64,000 nucleotides of DNA from Anaerolineae bacterium. Its GTDB lineage: Bacteria > Chloroflexota > Anaerolineae > Fen-1058. Numbering within the stretch: the first letter of the stretch is position 1; the number at the start of each line of letters is the position of its first letter. A model generated the notes under the pieces. The model saw only the letters and a program-made list of their open reading frames with translations. It had not been told where the DNA came from and made no database searches. Location: NCBI GenBank assembly GCA_003154115.1, contig PMCF01000212.1, forward strand, positions 1,277 to 65,276, read 5' to 3'. The position numbers and the translations under genes are program-made. Positions 54,152-62,890 of this stretch are shown here, piece after piece.

Positions 54152-56963
54152 CTCAATCGATCAGAAACCCAATTGGTTCAGACGTTTTATCATGCCACCG
54201 GTTTACGCGGATGCCGACCAGGCGCGCGCCGCTCGCCTGCTGCACACCGTCTTGCTTGTGATGTGGGCCATCTTGATCCTGACTTTGGCGGCCACACCCC
54301 TCATTGGCGAAGCTTTAACGGTGATCTTACCCGTGCTGGGAGGCGTGGCGATCTTTCAAGTCGTCATCACGTACTTGAACCGCCATGGACAAGTACGATT
54401 GGCGAGCGGAATCTACATCGTTTTTCTATGGCTGCCTACCGCCGCCGCAACAGCATTTTTAGGCGGGTTGTCCAATCCCACGGCCAACCTTATGCTGTTG
54501 CCAATCATTATTGGCAGTCTGTTACTAGGGGTGAGGGGCATTGCCTTCACCAGTGTTATCACCTTAATCTCGACGACTCTGATACTCATCGCCAGCCAGG
54601 CAGGCATTCTGCCCCCTTCACCGCTCGAGCCGACACCCATTCAATACTGGATCGATATCGTCATAGGCGTCATGCTGGCGAGCGGGCTGCTGGTCCTGGC
54701 TGCCAACAACATCCAGGATGCCCTGAACGTAGCCCGCCGCAATGCTGCCGCGCAGGCGCAAAGCAACCGCGAGCTCACCGCGATTCGCGCTTCCTTGGAG
54801 GAGCGTATCACCGAACGCACCGATCAGTTGAGTGTCAGCGCCGAAGTGGCCCGCGCCATTTCATCAATTCTTGATCCGGACGAACTGCTCCGGCGCGTCA
54901 CGCTGCTGATCGTCGAGCGCTTCAATCTCTACTATGCCGCCGCCTTCCTGGTGGACGACGACGCAGAATTCGCCGTGATGCAAGAAGCGACGGGCGAAGC
55001 CGGGCGGGTGCTCAAAGAACGGGGGCATAAGCTCGAGATCACCGGGCCATCGATGGTCGGCCTGGCCATCGCCACGCGCCGGCCCCGCATCGTGCAAGAC
55101 GTCGACAAAGAAACCATGCGCTTTGCCAATCCGTTGTTAACCGAAACCCAATCGGAAGTAGCGCTGCCTTTGATTATTGGCGACCAAGCGATTGGCGCCT
55201 TGGACGTTCAATCCACCCGCGCGGCCGCCTTCGACGAGAGTACCGTCCTCTTACTGCAGGGCTTAGCCGACCAGATCGCCATTTCCATCAACAATGCGCG
55301 ACAGTATCAACAAGCGCAGTTAGACGCACGACAAGCCGGTTTGTTGTTTGAGGCGAGCCAGGCCGCCGGCTTCATGGGGCAAGGGTTGGACTTCACAGTC
55401 AATCGGCTATTCGGCGTGGTGGCACAGCGCTCCGACTTTGACAACTGGATGATAGCGACCTATAACCACGACAGTCAAGCCTACACCGTAGTTCAAGCAT
55501 TTGACGCTAACGAACCAGCGCCACCCGAAGAGGTCGGCCAGGTGATCTCGCTGGACCGGGAGCAAGACACACCCACGGCCTTAGTGATTCGCTCCAACCG
55601 GATGATCGTGATCAATGATCCGCTTGGCGATCCGTTGCTGGCGCACATGTCCGAGAAAATGCGAGAAACGATCGGCAAACTGATCGCGGCGCCGATCCTA
55701 CTGGGCGACCACCTGCTGGGCGTGATCACGCTGGGCCGCACGGTGGACAAGCCCAACATCGGGCCACGCGACATTCAGTTGACGCAGGCGCTGGCCAGCC
55801 AGATGGCGGTCGCCATCGAGAACGGCCGCTTGCTGGAACAGTCGCAGAAGTCGATGGAAGAAATGAACCGGCTGATGCGGCTGTATATGCACGAAGGCTG
55901 GTCGAATTTCAGCCAGAGCCGCGGCACCGATCGGCTGCGACAAGAATACACGCGGCCTGACACCCCGGCGCTTAACCCGGAGGTGCTGGCCCAGATCGAC
56001 GAGGCCGTTAACCAGGCGACGACGACCGGCGAAGTGAAGCCAATTAGCTTCGATGGGCAATCGGTGGTCAGTGTGCCGATCGAGCTGCGCGGCGAGGTCT
56101 TCGGCGCGCTCACCATACAAGACGCCACCGATCGACAGTGGACGGAAGATGAGTTGGCGACGCTGCAAGCCGTGGCCGCGCAGGTGGCCCAGTCGTTGGA
56201 ATCCGCCCGCTTGTTGCAAGAAAGCGAAGTCAGCCTGCAAGAGACCATGGGCCTGTATCAAGCCAGCCGCAGCATCGCCGCCGCGCAAACACCGGCCGAA
56301 GTGCTGCAGTCGATCAACGATAGCATCATCACCCCGGGGATTGATCGGATCGTTCTGGCGCTGATCATCCCCGATAGTCCTAAAGACAATCTAACGACCG
56401 AAGTAGCGGCGGCCTGGGAACGTGGCGTGGAAACACCCACCGTCATTGGCAATCGCTGGACCGCAGCACAGATTCCGTTAATCGGGCCGCAGCTGGTCGA
56501 ACCGCTCGTCGCCAACGATGTGGCCACGGCGTCCAACCTTGACCCAGTCTCGCGTCACATCTTTGCCAATGTCATCAAAGTCAAGTCGATGGCTATCTTG
56601 CCGATGCAGGCCGGCAGTGAACTGTTAGGCTGGCTGATGGTCGAGACGTTGCACCGGCCGTACAACTTTGGCGAAACAGAAATCCGGCGCTACCGCACGC
56701 TGGCCGGACAAGCAGCTGTGGCTCTGGAAAACCATCGCCTCTTCCAAGAAACACAACAGCGTGCTCAACGTGAGCAGCTGACCCGCGAGATTGGTACGAC
56801 GATCGGCAAATCCCTTGACCTGGACACGGTGCTCAAGACCACGGCACGTGAGATCAGCCACGCCCTGGGCGCAACTCATGTTGTGATTCGTGCAGGTACC
56901 CTGAGAACTCAGGATACCTCGGCGAGTGAAGCGTCGAGTGCCAATCGTCCAGTCACTTCGTAA
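54144..56963 (+). CDS. array member J: polytopic membrane N-domain + signature GAF + GAF + half-GAF + GAF, no recognisable output domain
   Basis: The ATG overlaps the stop of I (ATGACTAG). It has ~6 TM helices and no HAMP. Signature GAF (MQEATGEAG, RFANPLLTETQSEVALPL). C-terminal cap (HRLFQETQQRAQREQLTREIGTTIGKSLDLDTVLKTTAREI). Confidence 0.85.
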   Translation: MTSSIDQKPNWFRRFIMPPVYADADQARAARLLHTVLLVMWAILILTLAATPLIGEALTVILPVLGGVAIFQVVITYLNRHGQVRLASGIYIVFLWLPTAAATAFLGGLSNPTANLMLLPIIIGSLLLGVRGIAFTSVITLISTTLILIASQAGILPPSPLEPTPIQYWIDIVIGVMLASGLLVLAANNIQDALNVARRNAAAQAQSNRELTAIRASLEERITERTDQLSVSAEVARAISSILDPDELLRRVTLLIVERFNLYYAAAFLVDDDAEFAVMQEATGEAGRVLKERGHKLEITGPSMVGLAIATRRPRIVQDVDKETMRFANPLLTETQSEVALPLIIGDQAIGALDVQSTRAAAFDESTVLLLQGLADQIAISINNARQYQQAQLDARQAGLLFEASQAAGFMGQGLDFTVNRLFGVVAQRSDFDNWMIATYNHDSQAYTVVQAFDANEPAPPEEVGQVISLDREQDTPTALVIRSNRMIVINDPLGDPLLAHMSEKMRETIGKLIAAPILLGDHLLGVITLGRTVDKPNIGPRDIQLTQALASQMAVAIENGRLLEQSQKSMEEMNRLMRLYMHEGWSNFSQSRGTDRLRQEYTRPDTPALNPEVLAQIDEAVNQATTTGEVKPISFDGQSVVSVPIELRGEVFGALTIQDATDRQWTEDELATLQAVAAQVAQSLESARLLQESEVSLQETMGLYQASRSIAAAQTPAEVLQSINDSIITPGIDRIVLALIIPDSPKDNLTTEVAAAWERGVETPTVIGNRWTAAQIPLIGPQLVEPLVANDVATASNLDPVSRHIFANVIKVKSMAILPMQAGSELLGWLMVETLHRPYNFGETEIRRYRTLAGQAAVALENHRLFQETQQRAQREQLTREIGTTIGKSLDLDTVLKTTAREISHALGATHVVIRAGTLRTQDTSASEASSANRPVTS

Positions 56964-56990
56964 CAGTAAACATCATGGAAAGGAACCCAC

Positions 56991-57794
56991 ATGTCACAAG
57001 AAAACATTGCGAACAGCGCCAAACCCAACCCGGGACGAATGTATGACTATCTGTTAGGTGGCCATCACAATTTCGAAGTTGATCGTGTGGCGGCTGAACA
57101 ATTAAAGGCCCTGGCGCCTTTTGCCGCGAAGGCGCCCAAACTGCAACGCTGGTGTCTGCAAGACCTGGCAGTGGAATTAACGGAGAAGCGCGGTTACGAC
57201 ATCATCATCGACTTCGCTTCGGGTTTACCGACACAAGATCATATTCACGAAGCCGTGCCGGATGGCACAACCGTCATCTACTCGGATTATGATCCGGTAA
57301 CGGTCGAGTATGCGTGCGAAATCTTGCAAGGGACACCCAACGTCTATTTCTTCCAGGGCGATGCACGCCACCCTGAGGCATTGCTCAATCGGCCTGAAGT
57401 GCAAGACATCCTTAAGGATCGCCGCGACGTGGCTTTGGTCTACTGGGGAGTCACTGCGTTTTTCACCGACGCCGAGCTCGTCTCGGTTGCTCAGTATTTG
57501 CACCAGTGGGCCGATCCGAAGAGTTGTTGGGCCTTTAACGCGCAATTGGCCGATGTCGGCTTGACAGACCCGGGCGTCGTGCGCGCGACCAAATTGTATG
57601 AGCAAATGGGTTCACCGCTGCGGCTGCGCACCCTGGAAGAATATCAAACGCTGACGCAGCCGTGGCGGCCGGACGAGAAAGGGTTTATTCCCTTTATGGA
57701 CTGGCACGGGATCGATCGCAGTGAAATGGGCGAAGAAGACCTACGCGCCTTTGGGGTAGCCGGCGGCGGATACGGCGCTTACCTGACCAAATAG
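56991..57794 (+). CDS. SAM-dependent methyltransferase of the PF04672 (DUF574 / Methyltransf_19) type
   Basis: N-terminal GRMYDYLLGGHHNFEVDRVAAEQL and IIDFASGLPTQDHIHE...VIYSDYDPV match my memory of this family's signature. No search was run. Confidence 0.7.
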   Translation: MSQENIANSAKPNPGRMYDYLLGGHHNFEVDRVAAEQLKALAPFAAKAPKLQRWCLQDLAVELTEKRGYDIIIDFASGLPTQDHIHEAVPDGTTVIYSDYDPVTVEYACEILQGTPNVYFFQGDARHPEALLNRPEVQDILKDRRDVALVYWGVTAFFTDAELVSVAQYLHQWADPKSCWAFNAQLADVGLTDPGVVRATKLYEQMGSPLRLRTLEEYQTLTQPWRPDEKGFIPFMDWHGIDRSEMGEEDLRAFGVAGGGYGAYLTK

Positions 57795-57833
57795 CAAACG
57801 GCCAAGCACGACAGCAGCAGGAGGAGTATCGCG

Positions 57834-60800
57834 GTGAACACGATTGATCTCCAATCATCCCAACCAACTAACGCGCAGCTGGCCACCGCCTTTAATCAGG
57901 CTGACTTACAGCAGCGCTTTGCCGGCGTCTTGCGCCAGCATCTTTTTACCAATCGTACCGAGGTCCGGCCTGCTACGGTCAAGCGCCTGGCTGCCCAGGA
58001 AGCCGACACGATCATTAAATTCATCCAGGATCCCGATCGCGGCCGGGCGCAGCAACACGGCGTGCAATTGTGCGACGCCGGCCTCAGCGAACAATCGGTG
58101 CTCAGCCTGGGACAAGCCGCTCGGCAGTATTGCGCCATCACCCTGCCCGATGAGCTGCGCGTGCCAGCTTTAGAGATCCTTGAATCTTTCTACAACGCAT
58201 CCATGCAAGGGTTCTTTGAAGCGCATACGGCGCTGATGCTCAAAGAGCAAGAGCGCATGCGGACGGCCTTAGAGAAATCGCTGAACCGCTATACCATGGA
58301 AATGGGCCTGGCCGCGGAAGTGGCCAAAGTCGCCGCCTCCACGCTCAACCTGGATGAGCTCCTGCGCATCACGGTCGATACGATCTTGACCCGGTACAGC
58401 TTCTACTATGTCGGCATCTTCCTGGCGGACGAGCATCATGAATGGGCCATCTTGCGCGCTGGAACAGGCCCGGCCGGAGAAGAGATGCTGCGCCGCGGTC
58501 ATAAATTCCAAATCAACGATCACTCTTCGATGGTTGGCTGGTGTATGTTTGTGCGCCAGCCGCGGATCGCTCAGGACATTGGTCAGGACACCGTGCGCTT
58601 TGTCAATCCCTTCCTGCCCGACACCCGTTCTGAAATGGCTTTACCCCTTATCACGCAAGGGAACGCCATCGGCGCGCTGACCATTCAAAGTCGAAAAATG
58701 GCGGCCTTCTCCGAGCAGGATATTATGGTTCTGCAGATCGTGGCCGATCAAGTGGCCACGGCGATTGAGAATGCCAAGCTCTTCGCCCGTGCGCAAGCCA
58801 GTCTCACGGAGGCTGAATCGGCACAGCGCGGCTATGTTCAAAAAGCTTGGGCAGAAAACACCGAGACTGAAGGGTTCGCTTACCTGTACGAACAGAGTTC
58901 AGACTCGGCCACCGCTCTTCGCATTTCACAACCAATCCAGGACTTAGCTAATCAGCCACCGTTGTCCATTCCGATTGTTTTACGCGGTGAAACGATCGGT
59001 GTGATCGAGATTTACGATCATTCCGTGCCCCGCACGTGGACACCAGACGAAATCGCGCTGGCTCAAACCATTGCCGGGCAGTCAGCTTTGTCGCTGGAAA
59101 ACGCCCGTCTTTACCAGGAGACTCAGCATCGCATCAACGAGCTGGTGGTGCTAACCCGCATCGTCCGCCGCTTAGCCTCGACCCTGGACTTGGACGAAAT
59201 CCTGTCCTCCGTGATCGAAGAATCGTTCAATGCCACCAAGGCCACGCAGGGTGGAATTTTCCTGTACAACGAGCGCGAAAACGCCCTGGAAATGCGGGTC
59301 ATGCGCGGCTTTGGGGCAGAGATGGAAGGCCGCTATGCCGGCTACATCATTCGGACGGGCGAGGGCTTGATTGGCCGCGTGTTGAACACCGGCGAATCAC
59401 TGCTCATTAATGATGTCACGCGCGAATCCGACTATCAAATGATCGATGCCCGCACGCGCGCCGAATTGATCATGCCGATCCGGCAAGGCAATTTGCTATT
59501 GGGCGTCCTCAACCTGGAAAGCTCGCAGTTGAATGCGTTCAGCGAATCGGACCAGCGCTTGCTGGAAGCCATGGCCGACCAGGCCGCCGTCGCCATCACC
59601 AATGCCCACGCCTACGAAGCCGAACGACAAGCCGTGGAGCGCATGCGTGAAGTCGATCGCTTGAAGACGCAATTCCTGGCAAACATGAGCCATGAGCTGC
59701 GCACGCCGCTCAACTCGATCATCGGCTTCAGCCGCGTGATGCTGCGCGGCATTGACGGCCCGCTGAGCGAGATGCAATCCACCGACCTCACGTCGATTTA
59801 CAACTCCGGTCAGCACTTGCTGGGCCTGATCAACAACATACTCGATCTATCCAAGATCGAAGCCGGCAAGATGGAACTCTCGATCGAGTCGGTGAACCTG
59901 AACGATGTCGCCAAGACCGTCATGTCTACGGCCATCGCGCTGGTGAAAGACAAGGCGGTCAAATTGGAGCAGGATGTGCCGCCCGATCTGCCCACCGTCA
60001 TGGCCGATCAAACCCGCGTGCGGCAGATTATTCTCAACCTGGTGTCCAACGCCGCCAAGTTCACCGAGAAAGGCTTCGTTCGCCTGCGGATGGTCTCCAC
60101 GCCGAAAGAAGTGTTGATCTCGGTTACGGACAGCGGCATCGGCATCCCGTCCGATAAGTTGGAGCACGTCTTCGAGGAATTCACGCAGGTCGATGCCAGC
60201 ACCACGCGCAAGTACGGCGGCACGGGCCTGGGCCTGGCGATTTCACGCAAGTTCGTCGACATGCACAAGGGCCGCATCTGGGTCGAATCCGAAATGGGCG
60301 TCGGCTCCACGTTCACCTTCACGCTGCCGCGCGAACAGGCCGAGCCGGAACCTCCCGTGTCACGGCCCACCGATCTGGAAGCGCGCGGCGAAGGCAAGAA
60401 GCTGATCATGTGCATCGACGATGATCCCGGTGTGATTACGCTGTACAAGCGCTATCTGGAGAAACAGGACTATCGAGTGATCGGCGTCACGGATCCCACC
60501 AAGGCGGTGGAAGAAGCGCGACGCGTACTGCCCTACGCCATTACCCTGGACGTGATGATGCCGCGTAAGGACGGCTGGGACGTGCTGGCCGATCTCAAGA
60601 AGACGCCGGAGATCAGCAACACGCCCATCCTGGTGTGCAGCATCGTGCAGGATAAGACCCGCGGCTTCTCACTGGGCGCCGCCGATTATTTGGTCAAGCC
60701 CATCACGGAAGACGAGCTGCGCCGGGCGCTGGCGCGAATTAGCCGTGACAAGACCATCAACAAAATCCTGGTCGTGGACGATGAACCATCGGCTTTGCAG

Positions 60801-61187
60801 CTGCTCAAGCGCATCCTTGAATCCCAACCGCAGTACAAAGTGCTGGATGCGACCGGCGGCGCGCAGGCGTTGATGATCATACAGAACGAAAAACCCGATC
60901 TCGTCCTCTTGGATCTGATGATGCCCGAGGTGGACGGCTTCGCCGTGCTGGACAACATCAAGTCGAATTCCGACACGCACGACATCCCGGTGATTATCGT
61001 CACCGCCAAAGAGATCACCGCCGAGGATCGGGAGCGCTTGAATGGCAACATGACCGCTCTGTACAATAAGGGCATGTTCACCGCCGAACAACTGTTGGAC
61101 GACATCGGCCAGGCCCTGGCGACCATGAACACCGAAATGGCCCGCGAGGGTAAGAAGGTAGAAGTCTTCCACAAGACGCTGACCTAG
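57834..61187 (+). CDS. array member K: helical N-domain + signature GAF + half-GAF + GAF + HisKA + HATPase + 2 receivers (hybrid histidine kinase)
   Basis: GTG start after AGGAGGAG. Signature GAF variant (LRAGTGPAG, RFVNPFLPDTRSEMALPL). H-box FLANMSHELRTPLNSI. HATPase motifs (NLVSNAAKFT, DSGIGIP, GTGLGL). Receivers: LIMCIDDDP/ITLDVMMPRKDG and ILVVDDEPS/LVLLDLMMPEVDG. Confidence 0.9.
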   Translation: MNTIDLQSSQPTNAQLATAFNQADLQQRFAGVLRQHLFTNRTEVRPATVKRLAAQEADTIIKFIQDPDRGRAQQHGVQLCDAGLSEQSVLSLGQAARQYCAITLPDELRVPALEILESFYNASMQGFFEAHTALMLKEQERMRTALEKSLNRYTMEMGLAAEVAKVAASTLNLDELLRITVDTILTRYSFYYVGIFLADEHHEWAILRAGTGPAGEEMLRRGHKFQINDHSSMVGWCMFVRQPRIAQDIGQDTVRFVNPFLPDTRSEMALPLITQGNAIGALTIQSRKMAAFSEQDIMVLQIVADQVATAIENAKLFARAQASLTEAESAQRGYVQKAWAENTETEGFAYLYEQSSDSATALRISQPIQDLANQPPLSIPIVLRGETIGVIEIYDHSVPRTWTPDEIALAQTIAGQSALSLENARLYQETQHRINELVVLTRIVRRLASTLDLDEILSSVIEESFNATKATQGGIFLYNERENALEMRVMRGFGAEMEGRYAGYIIRTGEGLIGRVLNTGESLLINDVTRESDYQMIDARTRAELIMPIRQGNLLLGVLNLESSQLNAFSESDQRLLEAMADQAAVAITNAHAYEAERQAVERMREVDRLKTQFLANMSHELRTPLNSIIGFSRVMLRGIDGPLSEMQSTDLTSIYNSGQHLLGLINNILDLSKIEAGKMELSIESVNLNDVAKTVMSTAIALVKDKAVKLEQDVPPDLPTVMADQTRVRQIILNLVSNAAKFTEKGFVRLRMVSTPKEVLISVTDSGIGIPSDKLEHVFEEFTQVDASTTRKYGGTGLGLAISRKFVDMHKGRIWVESEMGVGSTFTFTLPREQAEPEPPVSRPTDLEARGEGKKLIMCIDDDPGVITLYKRYLEKQDYRVIGVTDPTKAVEEARRVLPYAITLDVMMPRKDGWDVLADLKKTPEISNTPILVCSIVQDKTRGFSLGAADYLVKPITEDELRRALARISRDKTINKILVVDDEPSALQLLKRILESQPQYKVLDATGGAQALMIIQNEKPDLVLLDLMMPEVDGFAVLDNIKSNSDTHDIPVIIVTAKEITAEDRERLNGNMTALYNKGMFTAEQLLDDIGQALATMNTEMAREGKKVEVFHKTLT

Positions 61188-61218
61188 TGAAACCAGCTCA
61201 ATCAACCGGATAAATACG

Positions 61219-62874
61219 ATGCATGAACCCTATCTGCTCTGTCTTAAATGCGGCGAACACATCTCATTCGCGCGCATGTTGAATAACTGCCCCACGTGCG
61301 GCCATGATATGCTCGATGTCCGCTACGATTACGCGGCCATCGCTCAAGAGCTGCTGGCGGAGTGGGCCCGGCGTCCTTTCAATATGTGGCGCTACCGCGA
61401 ATTGCTGCCGTTGCGCAACCCGGCCAACATCGTGTCGATGGGCGAAGGCGGCACACCCCTGGTGCCGTCGGTGAACATGGGCACCATGCTGGGCCACGAT
61501 CACATCTTCATCAAAGACGAACGGCAAGGCCCCACCGGCTCGTTCAAAGATCGGCAAGCGTCGTTGGCCATCAGCGCCATGAAAGAAGCGGGCGTCATGG
61601 AGGCCGTGGTCGCTTCCACGGGCAACGTGGCCATTTCCTATTCGGCTTACTGCGCGCGCGCCGGCATCAAGCTGTGGGGCTTCCTCACCAGCCTGGTGCC
61701 CGCCGACAAAATGCGCGAGGTCGCCTTGTACGGCACGGAAGTCGTCAAGATCACGGGCACCTACGATCAATGTAAGGAAGTCGCAGCTTCGTTCGCACAG
61801 CATCGCGGTCTGTTCCTGGACAAAGGTCTGCGCTCGATCGCCGCGCGGCAAAGCATGAAGACGCTGGCCTTTGAGGTGTGTGAGCAACTGGGGTTGCTGA
61901 AGGATGGCTACGGCAAGTGGCGTGCACCCGATTGGTACATTCAAGCCGTCAGCGGTGGCATGGGGCCGATCGGCACCTTTCGCGGCTTTGAAGAGCTGTA
62001 CGAGATGGGCCTGATCGATCGGATACCCAAGGTGGCCGTCATTCAGGTGGATGGCTGCGCGCCGATGGTTACCGCTTTCAAAGCGGGCAAAGAAACGCCC
62101 GATATCGTCAACGCGCCCAACACGCACATCGCCACCTTGGCCACCGGCAACCCCGGCATCGCTTACTCGCAGCTGCGCCAGATCATTCTGAAGCACGGCG
62201 GCAGCATGGAATCGGTCAGCGATCAAGAGTCGTTCCGCGCCATGCACGTCATGGCCAAGATGGACGGTATCTCCGTGGAGTCGGCCACAGGGGCCGCCTT
62301 CGCCGGGCTGTTCAAACTCGTCGGCCAGCAGGTGATCAAGCGCGATGAGATCGTCGTGGTCAACTGCTCCGGCCACACCTTCCCGGTGGAGCAAGAATTG
62401 CTGGGCGACGAATGGACGCATGATGTGGAAGTGCCCGAAGCAACGCTCACCGCCAGCGTGCCGCAGGAAGGTCTGCTCTCCGCGCTCGAGTTGTTGGACG
62501 ATCGGATGCGCGACATTCTGATCATGGACGACACGCCGGAGGCATCGCGCTTGTTGCGCCGCATCCTGCAGGCCTACGGCACCTTCATCGTGCGCGAAGC
62601 CGAGAATGGACGCATCGGGCTGGACATGGTGTACCAGCGCCCGCCCGATCTGATCCTGCTGGATTTGATGATGCCGGAGATGGACGGCTTTGCCGTGCTC
62701 GACACCTTAAAGACCGACAAGGAACTGAGCAAGATTCCCGTCATCGTCGTCACGGCCAAAGAACTGACCAACCTTGAAAAGCAGCGCCTGTCCGGCAAAG
62801 TGCAGTCGTTGATGCAAAAAGGCGCGTTTTCCGATCAAGACATCGTCGACAAGATGGTGGAGATGTTAAACTAA
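61219..62874 (+). CDS. threonine-synthase-like PLP enzyme with an N-terminal zinc ribbon, fused to a C-terminal receiver domain
   Basis: CLKCGEHISFARMLNNCPTCG gives a CxxC...CxxC ribbon. PLP-lysine motif GPTGSFKDRQASLAIS, then VVASTGNVAISYSAY and VSGGMGPIGTF. The C-terminal receiver has ILIMDDTPE, LILLDLMMPEMDG and VIVVTAKE. Confidence 0.8.
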   Translation: MHEPYLLCLKCGEHISFARMLNNCPTCGHDMLDVRYDYAAIAQELLAEWARRPFNMWRYRELLPLRNPANIVSMGEGGTPLVPSVNMGTMLGHDHIFIKDERQGPTGSFKDRQASLAISAMKEAGVMEAVVASTGNVAISYSAYCARAGIKLWGFLTSLVPADKMREVALYGTEVVKITGTYDQCKEVAASFAQHRGLFLDKGLRSIAARQSMKTLAFEVCEQLGLLKDGYGKWRAPDWYIQAVSGGMGPIGTFRGFEELYEMGLIDRIPKVAVIQVDGCAPMVTAFKAGKETPDIVNAPNTHIATLATGNPGIAYSQLRQIILKHGGSMESVSDQESFRAMHVMAKMDGISVESATGAAFAGLFKLVGQQVIKRDEIVVVNCSGHTFPVEQELLGDEWTHDVEVPEATLTASVPQEGLLSALELLDDRMRDILIMDDTPEASRLLRRILQAYGTFIVREAENGRIGLDMVYQRPPDLILLDLMMPEMDGFAVLDTLKTDKELSKIPVIVVTAKELTNLEKQRLSGKVQSLMQKGAFSDQDIVDKMVEMLN

Positions 62875-62890
62875 CTCACGAGGCGCTACG

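Noticed and set aside
21346-56963. Giant modular genes as NRPS/PKS megasynthases or repeat-in-toxin/adhesin genes.
   Set aside because: No condensation, adenylation, thiolation, ketosynthase or acyltransferase motifs are present. The repeating units are PAS, GAF and HAMP signalling modules. Six of the proteins have membrane-sensor topologies.
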